The translations under genes and the position numbers were made by a program. DNA of 64,000 nt from an uncultured Chitinophaga sp. GTDB taxonomy: Bacteria; Bacteroidota; Bacteroidia; Bacteroidales; GCA-2748055. Within the stretch, counting starts at the first letter, position 1; each line of letters starts with the position of its first letter. Location: assembly GCA_964349045.1 (NCBI GenBank), contig CAYGFI010000001.1, positions 17,213 through 81,212 on the forward strand, written 5' to 3'. Below, in pieces: positions 9,539 through 18,672 of the stretch. The notes below the pieces were generated by a model that saw only the letters and a program-made list of their open reading frames with translations, was not told the DNA's origin and searched no databases.

Positions 9539-12217
9539 CTATTTTCGGATATTTACAACTACTTTATAAACTCCCTGCTTCATGCCATCAACGAATAAGT
9601 AATTCTTTTCCAGGCTGATAATCCCAAAATCAGTAGTATTTGTTTTCTCGCCATCATAGATCATCTGATCATTTATTTTTATGATATACGGTCTTTTAAA
9701 ATATGCAATTGGAATTCCCAGTTTGCAGCTTGTTTTTTCGGGAATAGTGATCCGGGAAGTATAGAGTATGTCCTTGCTGATATTAAATTCCCATGCAAAA
9801 TCAATTTGTCCATATAATGTCGGAACAAGGCCTTTTGCCCATTTTAAGCCTGAAGGATGTGGGATGGTTTCAAATTTCCGGTAGCCTGTTTCCAGGGGTT
9901 GAACTCCAAGAATATACCCTGACATCAGCTGGGCGCAGGCATTATCGGCATGAGACATGTCCCTGTATCCATCTCCTGCCGGTCGAAATGGAGGATAGAT
10001 GGTTGACTCCCATGTGGCATCCTGAACGCCTCGCCCATCATTCAAAATTTTAATCCATGTTGATTTTCGTATGGATTCCAATGCAGATGAATCTGATTCA
10101 TAGCGAAATCTTCCTGAAATAGAATGAATGAGAAATTTTCCGGTAATAAACCCATATTTTTCCATGAGTAGTTTTCCGACATCCTGTATATCTTTTTCTT
10201 TACTGGCTTTTGTAATTCCATAACTGTAAGATAAGTTTTTATTTAATGGATCTATCATAGATGCCGCCTGTTCATCTGTAATAAGACCAATTGCCAAAGC
10301 CAATCCGTTTGAACAATAATGAAATTTTCTGTCAGTTGGTGATAAAACGAAGTATCCCTTATCTTCATCCCAGAAGTTTTTAAAAATGGCTATTTTAAGT
10401 TTTTCCGCCTTCCTTTCAAAATTGATTTTATCTTCTTTAAAGTTGAGTTCTTCGGCCAGGTAAGTAGCTTGTTGCAGAGCATAGTAGAGAAGGATATTCA
10501 TATAAGCAAACTTTTTTGAAGTAAACCCACCAAAATCACCTCCAACTCCCTGCCCTCTTTTTGTTTCTTCCCTCTGGTTAAACAGGTCGTCATCATCCAT
10601 ATTACGTAATAAGTAGTTAAGATCATTTTTTGCCGAAGGGTATAAACTTTCTGCTGTTCTCATATCGCCGGTATACAATAAATAGTTGCCAAGAACCGGT
10701 ACAAACCATGCAGAATACTCATCTGATGGCCAGTATCCAAAATCTCCTGATTTGGGGGGAATAGTATCCTCAGGAAATGCTGTCGGCCAAATATATCCTT
10801 CCGGGGTTTGATGCCTGGCAAAAATTTCAAGTGAGCCTTTCATAAACCTTGCATCCTTAAAACCATAATATACATTATATCCTGCCCAGTCAAGGTCACC
10901 GATCCACGGCAGACGATCACGAAGAGATCCGTCACAGATAAAAGGTGGGGCTCTGTAGAAATCCCATTGATTTAAATCATTATCAAAACGGTCGGAAAAA
11001 AGTATCTTTTCCGAAATTGATTTTACATCAACATCATCAAAGAGTGCCCAATGTTCTATGGGCTGGAAAATTCCAATAGTTCCGGATTTAAATGTATTGT
11101 CCCTGAATTTAGTGACAAGCCGGTCATCTATGAAAACTTTGATCTCGTTCTTATTTAAACTGGTTCTTACCCTGTACCTGGTTCCGTCTTCCACTTTAAA
11201 TGGCAAATCTATTTGATGAAGAACAACATTCTCTCCTTGTATTCGTTTGGATAATATTAATTTGTTCTCCAGGTTTATTAATCCGGTATAACAATTATCC
11301 GGATCGTTTGCCCTGAAAGCCCAACCAGCGCCAGATGTGTGTAATGGATTTCTCCTGATTTCCAGATCCAGTGAAAAAGTATAATCCGACCATTCCTTGC
11401 CCTTATTAGCTAAGATTACCTCGTTCGAATAGGAAAGTTTACGGGCTGCACACCAACCGTTCACTATGTCAAGTGGATTGGAATTATCAATGGAAGCAAA
11501 CTGCGCAGTGTAAATACTTGCATGCCATAAACGGTTCAGGTCATCATCACTGCAAATAAAATCTCCATCCAGGGGTGAAAAATCATGGACATTCTGAATA
11601 TAGAAATAATCCAGTTCAACACTTGTTCCTTCTGTCTCAAGTTGAATTCTTACCCATCTCTCCTGACCCTGGATCAGAGGATGCATAAACTCACCTGTCC
11701 GGTTTATGGAGTAAAGTTCATACCTGCCCGGATTTCCCGGAAGTACAGGTAAATCGAAACCAAGGTAGGTATTCATATACCTCCTGGTAAAGTCGCCCTG
11801 TTCTCCAAATTCCGGATCCACCAAATAAGGATACCAGCAGGCGTAAGCAATCCGGAGTACAGGTGCCCCGGATTTTGATGTAACCTTAAAGACCGGATAA
11901 CCCCCAACACTTGCGGGTCCGATATCCACTATCAGATATGGTTTTTCGCCACCTTCGGGGTAAACAAGTTTTGCAGACTGACCATCGGAAGAGAGAATAT
12001 TTCTGGCATTATGGACCTCACCAACCGATATATTAACTTTTTCGGGAAATACCTTTTTTTTCAGGGTAGAGGCTCTGTAAGGATTGTTATCATTTTGTCC
12101 GGAGGCATTTAAACCCGACAAGATATTTATGAAGATTGCGCCAACCCATACTATACCGATTTTCAAAAATAAGGACTCACGGCGGTTAATAGCTTTTGCA
12201 TTATGAATATCTCTCAT
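9539..12217 (-). CDS. Six-hairpin (alpha/alpha)6 glycosidase, GH78 alpha-L-rhamnosidase-like, with inserted ConA/LamG-like (DUF1080-like) domain
   Basis: RDRLPWIGDLDWAGYNVYY resembles the R-E-R-L-G-W-T-G-D motif of Bac_rhamnosid catalytic domains. The central segment WSDYTFSLDLEI...GTIGIFQPIEHWALFDDVDV looks like a concanavalin-type jelly roll. A signal/TM lies at the N-terminus. Confidence 0.55.
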   Translation of the reverse strand: MRDIHNAKAINRRESLFLKIGIVWVGAIFINILSGLNASGQNDNNPYRASTLKKKVFPEKVNISVGEVHNARNILSSDGQSAKLVYPEGGEKPYLIVDIGPASVGGYPVFKVTSKSGAPVLRIAYACWYPYLVDPEFGEQGDFTRRYMNTYLGFDLPVLPGNPGRYELYSINRTGEFMHPLIQGQERWVRIQLETEGTSVELDYFYIQNVHDFSPLDGDFICSDDDLNRLWHASIYTAQFASIDNSNPLDIVNGWCAARKLSYSNEVILANKGKEWSDYTFSLDLEIRRNPLHTSGAGWAFRANDPDNCYTGLINLENKLILSKRIQGENVVLHQIDLPFKVEDGTRYRVRTSLNKNEIKVFIDDRLVTKFRDNTFKSGTIGIFQPIEHWALFDDVDVKSISEKILFSDRFDNDLNQWDFYRAPPFICDGSLRDRLPWIGDLDWAGYNVYYGFKDARFMKGSLEIFARHQTPEGYIWPTAFPEDTIPPKSGDFGYWPSDEYSAWFVPVLGNYLLYTGDMRTAESLYPSAKNDLNYLLRNMDDDDLFNQREETKRGQGVGGDFGGFTSKKFAYMNILLYYALQQATYLAEELNFKEDKINFERKAEKLKIAIFKNFWDEDKGYFVLSPTDRKFHYCSNGLALAIGLITDEQAASMIDPLNKNLSYSYGITKASKEKDIQDVGKLLMEKYGFITGKFLIHSISGRFRYESDSSALESIRKSTWIKILNDGRGVQDATWESTIYPPFRPAGDGYRDMSHADNACAQLMSGYILGVQPLETGYRKFETIPHPSGLKWAKGLVPTLYGQIDFAWEFNISKDILYTSRITIPEKTSCKLGIPIAYFKRPYIIKINDQMIYDGEKTNTTDFGIISLEKNYLFVDGMKQGVYKVVVNIRK

Positions 12218-12278
12218 GATTATGGCATTTAAAATTAAAACCCTGTTTTATTAAACTCATTTCCAAAAAAGTGCTAAC

Positions 12279-13703
12279 TTATTGAAAGCAGACCCACAGC
12301 TCTTCAGCGAAAAGCCGGTGCCCCCGGTCGTCGGGATGGTTGATTGTATTGTGAAGCAGAGTCGTGTAGGGAATGCCCTCTTTTGCGAGGTGCTCCCAGC
12401 GTGCGGAAGCATCGGCCAGCGCTATGTTATGCTTGCCGGCAAACTCGCGTAGTGCAAGTACGTAAGGTCGCTTTTCCGTTTCGCGCATATCCTTAAAGCC
12501 CATCATCTGCGTCATCGTAAAGTGGGGTGTGATGAGGATCAGCTCTGCGCCAATATCCTGTACCCGTTTTAAAATTTCGGAATATACTTCCTTAACTATC
12601 GCGGGAGTCTGATTGGCGTCGTTAACAAACTCAAGTGTGACGAGGTCTGGTTTAGCGTCAGCAATACGCTGCCAGGTCACGCCCGTTTCCTGCCAGGGCT
12701 TGTCATGGTAAAGATACTTCTCAGGGTAAAGCCACTGTCGACTGTTCGAGCCACCGGCACTTATATTTTCCATGTCGATCTTAGCCAGTGGGAATCGTTC
12801 ACACAGCCCGGAGATGAATACATCAGGATAACGAAACTCCGGTTTGGATGCATTGCCGCCGGCGGTGACCGAATCTCCCCAACAAACTATTTTCACAGAG
12901 CCACCGGCCCTTAATTTCGTGAGTGTCTTCGGAATAAGGCCTTTAGTGCTACCTGTTACTGCCTGCGTAGCTGTTTCAAGGATCATGTAAATCTGGTCGG
13001 TCTTAACCTCAGTGTCGCAATAGTTGATAAAAATATGCGCTATTGCGATGCAACCTGTGTCCGCAAGGGGTGGAACCGGTGTACTGATATGAGATTCTCC
13101 GTTTTTTAATGACGCTTTTCCTTCTGCTGAAACCTGGATCGTATCCATCCTAAGCATTGAGTAGCGATAGCTGGCGAAAACCGTATCATTAGCAGTCACC
13201 CGACTCTTCGTCCCTAGTCCAACATGTCCCCAGGAGACATCCACAAGATAATCCGTACCCTCTTTCAACCGTTTACCTCCTTTTGTCTTCCGGATCTCAA
13301 GCGAACCTGGCACGAAAGACCTGTATGCGTTCACGTCCTGTGCCCCGCAGCCCTTTAGCCGTGTGCCTTTGGCCCAGCCTGCCGATTTATCAACAGAAAG
13401 CATCAAGGGTTCGTCCGTCACTGCGATGACGTGTGCAGGTGAGACAATCAGGGTGGCAGGTTGAGTAACTGTTACAGAAGCGCCACCAAGCTTACAGTTA
13501 CCAGGTGTAACAATCACATTACTACCTTTTGCTGTGATCCTGATGCCAGGGTTTGAATCTAAAAAAGTCGATTTTCCCGACACTGATGATTCTGATGCTA
13601 AAACTCCAATTTCTCCAAGAGCAGTTGCGCTAAAGAACGCTAATGTACCTATTTTCAAAGCCTCACGACGGGTGATATAAGATGTATTTTGCTTTTTATT
13701 CAT
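12279..13703 (-). CDS. SGNH/GDSL-type hydrolase (carbohydrate esterase candidate) with twin-arginine signal
   Basis: Tat-like N-terminus YITRREALKIGTLAFFSATALG. The C-terminal half has SGNH blocks VCWGDSVTAGG, FVNDAN and HPDDRGH. The gene is GC-rich relative to its neighbours (33/60 GC in line 12301-12360). Confidence 0.7.
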   Translation of the reverse strand: MNKKQNTSYITRREALKIGTLAFFSATALGEIGVLASESSVSGKSTFLDSNPGIRITAKGSNVIVTPGNCKLGGASVTVTQPATLIVSPAHVIAVTDEPLMLSVDKSAGWAKGTRLKGCGAQDVNAYRSFVPGSLEIRKTKGGKRLKEGTDYLVDVSWGHVGLGTKSRVTANDTVFASYRYSMLRMDTIQVSAEGKASLKNGESHISTPVPPLADTGCIAIAHIFINYCDTEVKTDQIYMILETATQAVTGSTKGLIPKTLTKLRAGGSVKIVCWGDSVTAGGNASKPEFRYPDVFISGLCERFPLAKIDMENISAGGSNSRQWLYPEKYLYHDKPWQETGVTWQRIADAKPDLVTLEFVNDANQTPAIVKEVYSEILKRVQDIGAELILITPHFTMTQMMGFKDMRETEKRPYVLALREFAGKHNIALADASARWEHLAKEGIPYTTLLHNTINHPDDRGHRLFAEELWVCFQ

Positions 13704-13834
13704 AAAGAAATAATTATTCTTATTAGAATCAAAACTAAATTTTCTATTTGTTAACTTAATGTTTTAAGCGCTCTGTAATCACCGTCCCTGGCTATTTTTG
13801 CAGGTACTGCAATTCATAAATCATTTTAAGATGT

Positions 13835-15199
13835 CTATTTCAATATCACTTCAATAACCGGAATTTCGAAATTAGGTTTTGTCACCGGGAGGCTCAGGTT
13901 CAGATCCGTCGCTTTTGCGTTTTCTTTTAACCAGTGCCCGGATGGTGAAGTAATTTTTATTTCGGAAGCGTCATGCAGAAATTGTGCATATTTGATTTTC
14001 CCGGCATACCCGGGTAAATTGAAATTCTGAAGAGGATAATCCAGGAGGTGAATATATAATCGCCTGGTTTCCGGATTATAGGTCAGCAGGCAGTGATCCG
14101 GAACTTCAAACTCTTCCGGCGCCTGGGTACATCCATATATTGAACGGTTGTTATACTTCATCCAGTTGCCCATAGCGTTTAGTGATTTTTCAGCACGCTC
14201 ATCAAACATGCCGCGGGCAGTCGGACCTACATTAAGCAAAAGGTTTCCTCCTTTGCTGACGGATTCAATCAACAAAACCAATAATTGTTTGGTGTCCTTC
14301 CATGTATATTCGTCACGGTAATAACCCCATGAACCGCTGAAAGTCTGACAGGTTTCCCATGCAACTTTCTTACCGTTCACTTCTGGCCAGTTTGAAACCT
14401 TAAACTGTTCAGGAGTAGTAAAATCCCATCCGTCTTCATATTCTTTCAGATCGAGCCGGTCGTTTATCAAAATGCCGGGTTGAAGCTGGCGTACCATTTT
14501 GATCAGCTTTTCAGAATCCCAGTCATCGTGGCCTTTGCCTTTTTCACCCGGGTATGAGAAATCCAGCCAGAGTATATCTACTTTCCCATAGTTGGTCAGT
14601 AACTCCCGGACCTGGTTGTGAAGGTATTCGCGGTATTTCTTCATATCGCGGTTCCTGTTAAGTTCAGCTAATTTAGCCGGATCATCTGTTCTTTGTGGAT
14701 GAACGCGGTCAACAGTAAAATCAGGATGATGCCAGTCAATTAGGCTATAATAAAAACCAATCTTAAGGCCTTCTGCACGAAATGCGTCCACCCACTCCTT
14801 TAGCAGATCTTTTCCAATAGTAGTATTCACTGACTTATAATCGGTATATTCGGAATTAAAGAGACAGAAACCTTCGTGATGTTTGGTAGTAATTACAGCG
14901 TATTTCATGCCTGCTGCCTTTGCCATTTTAGCCCAGTCACGTGGATTATAAAGATCCGGATTAAAATTATCGAAGTATTTCTGGTAAACTTCGTTAGTAA
15001 GTTGTTCCTTGTTTTTAACCCATTCATGACGTGCAGGAAGGGCATATAATCCCCAGTGGATAAACATTCCGAACCGGTCGTTGACCCACCATTCCATTCG
15101 TTCCTTTTTTTGTCCTTCGGTTTCTTTAAAAAGTTTCTGCTGGGCATTTATCCCGGTAAAAAGGAATAAAAACAGTAAAAGGGCAGTTGTTGTTTTCAT
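13835..15199 (-). CDS. Alpha-L-fucosidase (GH29-like)
   Basis: Signal peptide, then the GH29 hallmark stretches WWVNDRFGMFIHWGLYALPA, YAVITTKHHEGFCLFNS and ILWLDFSYPG. Confidence 0.88.
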   Translation of the reverse strand: MKTTTALLLFLFLFTGINAQQKLFKETEGQKKERMEWWVNDRFGMFIHWGLYALPARHEWVKNKEQLTNEVYQKYFDNFNPDLYNPRDWAKMAKAAGMKYAVITTKHHEGFCLFNSEYTDYKSVNTTIGKDLLKEWVDAFRAEGLKIGFYYSLIDWHHPDFTVDRVHPQRTDDPAKLAELNRNRDMKKYREYLHNQVRELLTNYGKVDILWLDFSYPGEKGKGHDDWDSEKLIKMVRQLQPGILINDRLDLKEYEDGWDFTTPEQFKVSNWPEVNGKKVAWETCQTFSGSWGYYRDEYTWKDTKQLLVLLIESVSKGGNLLLNVGPTARGMFDERAEKSLNAMGNWMKYNNRSIYGCTQAPEEFEVPDHCLLTYNPETRRLYIHLLDYPLQNFNLPGYAGKIKYAQFLHDASEIKITSPSGHWLKENAKATDLNLSLPVTKPNFEIPVIEVILK

Positions 15200-15264
15200 G
15201 ATTTTTTATGTATGTGTTCAGGTTATTTCTATTTTAGGGTTTAAGGTTAAACATCAGGTGTAAA

Positions 15265-16857
15265 TCATTCTTCCAGATAATAAATCCCTTTTCTATCCCA
15301 ATATAATTTCAGTTCTGATAATGCCTCCGAAAACCTGCCAAAGTCCTTATTTTCTTCCTTTGTCCAACCAACTTCAGAGTAGGCTGCGATACGGGGAAAA
15401 GTGTAATTATAAACAAGCTTAACTGTTGGAGTTGTCTCCCCCCACATCTGGCAACCGAGTCCCAAAACATGAGCCGCCTGATTTCCGGTCAGGCCTTTAG
15501 GTACAGGTGAATAATGATAAGCCATAGTCATAGGCAATGATTTTCCATTATGGTCAAAATAAGTATATTTACCCGGAGAATTAACAACATCGTAACCTTT
15601 CTCAAGAGCTTCAATCAGTAAAAGCGAATCTCCTTTCCAGAAATGTACAATCGAGTTTTTAGTCAGTTCCGAGGAGGCTGTCTGTTCAACTTTTTCAACA
15701 TGCACATTGCCCAATATCTCGTTCCAGCCCATCATCCGGAAACCATTCTTCTCAATAAACAAGGCAATACGGTTAGTAAAATAAATCTGCACATCTGCAT
15801 AGGTTTTTAAATCTTCTTTTGCCATCAGTTCTTTAATATCCGGGCATTCTTTCCATGCATCATACTTAACCTCGTCGCCTCCAATATGAATGATTTTTCC
15901 CGGGAAAAGATCCATCACTTCAGTCAGCACATCCTCCAAAAAGATGTACACTTTTTCGTTAGCCACATTGTAAGCCAGTTTTTTTATACCCAAAGATGAG
16001 GGAACTTTAATCTGTTCTCCGGATGACTGCAACCAGGGGTAAGATGCAATGGCGGCAGAAGCATGTCCCGGCATTTCGATCTCCGGCACAATTGTAATAT
16101 GGCGTTTTGCAGCATACGTAACAATTTCGCGGATATCTTCCTGAGTATAAAATCCCCCAACCGATCTTTCTGAGTATAGCTTTGCGTCGTACCAAATCCA
16201 TTTGTCATTTCTCCATATATTCTCACGCAAACGGGTGCTGTCGCGCCACGCACCAACTTCGGTCAGCAAAGGATATTTTTTAATCTCAATACGCCAGCCC
16301 TGATCATCCGTAAGATGCCAGTGAAAGGTATTCATTTTAAGTAATGCCATTTGGTCAAGCAGGCTTTTTACAACTTCCTTCCCATGAAAATTTCTTGCTT
16401 CATCAAGCATATATGCCCGCCAGGGAAATGCCGGTTGGTCTTCTATTTGACAGGCAGGAATCTGATAACTACCTTTTCCTGTTAATTTCATTAGTTGACG
16501 TATGGTTTGGAAAGCATAGAAACAACCCGATCCACTTGAGGTTTCAACCAGTATATTATCTTTGATAACAGTTAGTTTGTATGCTTCTTTTTCCAATGAG
16601 CTATTTAGCATGACAACCAACTTCGAGTTTTTTGACGGTACTAACCGGGTAAAATATTCTTCTTCGAATATTTTACCCATTGTTTCCATTTCGGATTTAA
16701 ATACATCCGGGATATTTATGTTAAGGACAGATTTGAATTCAAAATCGCCCTCTGCTTCAATCAATTTATTGGGATAAGGGATGATAGCATAACGACCCTG
16801 CGCTTTCAAGGTCATTGTTATAACCAGAAGAAATGTGTAAAGAAGTAATTTTTTCAT
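15265..16857 (-). CDS. Beta-N-acetylhexosaminidase (GH20-like)
   Basis: MNTFHWHLTDDQGWRIEIKKYPLLT, ITIVPEIEMPGHASAA and IIHIGGDEV are classic GH20 catalytic-domain motifs. An N-terminal signal peptide is present. Confidence 0.9.
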   Translation of the reverse strand: MKKLLLYTFLLVITMTLKAQGRYAIIPYPNKLIEAEGDFEFKSVLNINIPDVFKSEMETMGKIFEEEYFTRLVPSKNSKLVVMLNSSLEKEAYKLTVIKDNILVETSSGSGCFYAFQTIRQLMKLTGKGSYQIPACQIEDQPAFPWRAYMLDEARNFHGKEVVKSLLDQMALLKMNTFHWHLTDDQGWRIEIKKYPLLTEVGAWRDSTRLRENIWRNDKWIWYDAKLYSERSVGGFYTQEDIREIVTYAAKRHITIVPEIEMPGHASAAIASYPWLQSSGEQIKVPSSLGIKKLAYNVANEKVYIFLEDVLTEVMDLFPGKIIHIGGDEVKYDAWKECPDIKELMAKEDLKTYADVQIYFTNRIALFIEKNGFRMMGWNEILGNVHVEKVEQTASSELTKNSIVHFWKGDSLLLIEALEKGYDVVNSPGKYTYFDHNGKSLPMTMAYHYSPVPKGLTGNQAAHVLGLGCQMWGETTPTVKLVYNYTFPRIAAYSEVGWTKEENKDFGRFSEALSELKLYWDRKGIYYLEE

Positions 16858-16867
16858 TTTTTATACT

Positions 16868-17305
16868 TTACATTATTTTCTGACTATTATATCCTCTTTT
16901 TTTCATTGCATCCGGATTCACAATAAGAGGAACTTTATTGTTCTTATAGAACTCAATAATGTTAACTGCTGCCAACCTGGACATTTCCTGTCTTGTCTCA
17001 ACCGTGGCAGAGCTGATATGGGGCAAAACGAATACATTTTCCATTTGTAACAGTATGTTGTCAGGTTTCATAGGCTCCGGATTGGTAACATCTAGCCCGG
17101 CTCCCCAGATTATTCCTTTTTTCAGTGCTTCAACCAGGTCGTGCTCATTGTGCACTGATCCACACGAAGTAATAATAAAAATGGATGAAGGTCTCGTTTT
17201 TTGAAATGCAGTCATATTAAAAACACCTTTAGTCTCCTCGTTTAGGGAACAATGCACAGATATTACATCGCTTTGTGCCAGGCAGTATTTAACAGGATTA
17301 AACAA
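16868..17305 (-). pseudogene. C-terminal fragment of a D-isomer-specific 2-hydroxyacid dehydrogenase (truncated, no NAD-binding N-terminal part)
   Basis: The 145-aa ORF has DVISVHCSLNEETKGVFN, GAGLDVTNPEP and LPHISSATVETR. These correspond to only the last third or so of this ~320-aa family. Upstream sequence is AT-rich with no in-frame continuation. Confidence 0.65.
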
Positions 17306-17478
17306 TTATTTTTCTTTTATATTGGTGAGGCATATTGTATCTGCTTCATGATATTATGATGTTAATTTTAAATCATTCCATTTGCTAAGAAAATAGAGAA
17401 AATCTGGTTGGATTTGTACTGTGATAATGTCAATTAAGTTTATCTTCTAAAATTCGGATAAACCTAATCTTTTAAACA

Positions 17479-17592
17479 TTAACCTGATTTTTTATCATAT
17501 TTCCTCTTATAATTTAAGGGAGTATAACCCGTCATTTTATTAAATTGCTGGATGAAATGTGATACATTGGTAAACTTTAAATTATTTATTTG
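17479..17592 (-). pseudogene. Remnant of the C-terminal helix-turn-helix of an AraC-family regulator (37 codons between stops: 36 sense codons plus the terminal stop)
   Basis: Reverse-strand translation gives QINNLKFTNVSHFIQQFNKMTGYTPLNYKRKYDKKSG-stop. This matches the AraC tail pattern F.n.S.F...F.k..G.TP..Y. An in-frame stop lies immediately upstream (17593-17595), so only the tail survives. Confidence 0.5.
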
Positions 17593-17594
17593 TC

Positions 17595-18347
17595 ATGAAA
17601 TTACCAAACATTAATCGTTGAGATTTTCTAGTGAAGGCATCCGTTGGAGCTGCCTGTCTGGCTGTGGTCAACCCAACCCAGCTTTTAGCAGCAAGTGGAA
17701 GCAGAAAATCAATTTCCAAAAGTTCCAATGCCATAGATTATAAGATTGCGTACGGATGCTGGGTGAATGATATGCGGCTCGAACCGCTACCATTGGAGGA
17801 CTGGCCTGCACCTCAGATGGATGATGAGACTGTGAGAAGTGTCATTAAAGCAATGGATTTACAAAGTAAATACCATTACAACTGCCTAGATGCATGGGGT
17901 TTATTAGCAACAACCGCCTGGCCGCTAAACTTAGGTGAAGGGATTGATAATGAGCGCTTCACCGAGGCTGACAAGAAAGCGATAATTGAGCTTAGCAAGC
18001 ACATAGACGGCTTCTACGATCAAGGCTGGCACGGCACTTATATTCCTTCGGATGAAAGGGCAGCATTTATTAAGGAGCTGCATTGCACCTACAGAACATC
18101 CGGTGGTCGGTGGGTCTACCCTGGCCTGAGGTGGGATCGGGAGTCATTCTTCCTTCCTCATATGCAGCATCAGGCAACAGCCATTAAGGAACAGTTCGCC
18201 CAAGGGGCCCGGGGAATTATGCACTATCAGGGTCCGGTGAACAATCCCGGTAATATTTCAGGTTCCCGGAAACCTTTGATGAGGCATTCTATGTCTCCGA
18301 CTAAGACGGGACATTCAGCAGGATCCGCTGGCCTGTTTGTGGGATAG
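17595..18347 (+). pseudogene. Disrupted gene for a Tat-exported protein of unknown function (in-frame TGA in the RR motif; probable frameshift near the 3' end)
   Basis: The frame from ATG 17595 reads MKLPNINR-TGA-DFLVKASVGAACLAVV. The TGA at 17619-17621 sits where the second Arg of an RRDFL twin-arginine motif is expected (one step from CGA). The 238-aa ORF ends in a low-quality tail. A protein-like reading (VIVENMVPGIKSNIGFPFECWQNDNLQDW) continues in another frame to about 18510. Confidence 0.55.
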
Positions 18348-18672
18348 GATTACCCACAGGGGTACTGGACAAAAACCTGTTATTGTGGAAAATATGGTGC
18401 CCGGCATAAAATCAAATATAGGGTTTCCATTCGAATGTTGGCAGAATGATAATCTTCAGGACTGGAATTGCAGACCGACGCGTCTTTTGCTAGTGCTGCG
18501 ATAATCATGCTGAAAATTCCAGCTACATCATTGAAGGTTTCGGCTTAATCACCTAAGACATTGCCGGAAAGTACCTGTGAAATTTTCGGAATTTCAGCAG
18601 TACAAGTTGAAAAATCCTTTCTCTGTTATTAATTCTGTAATTTATTGTGTCTCTTCTTAAAAAGTAAAAAAA

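Noticed and set aside
12118-12217. Twin-arginine signal for the GH78-like protein (INRRESLFLKIG)
   Set aside because: The spacing does not fit the RR-x-F-L-K consensus because of extra residues between RR and FLK. The gene is also not GC-rich, so it was not counted among the Tat substrates.
17619-17621. TGA at 17619 as selenocysteine or programmed readthrough
   Set aside because: The position lies inside a signal peptide where Arg is expected. I saw no SECIS-like hairpin immediately downstream. The gene also shows a second disruption near its 3' end. TGA functions as an ordinary stop for other genes here.
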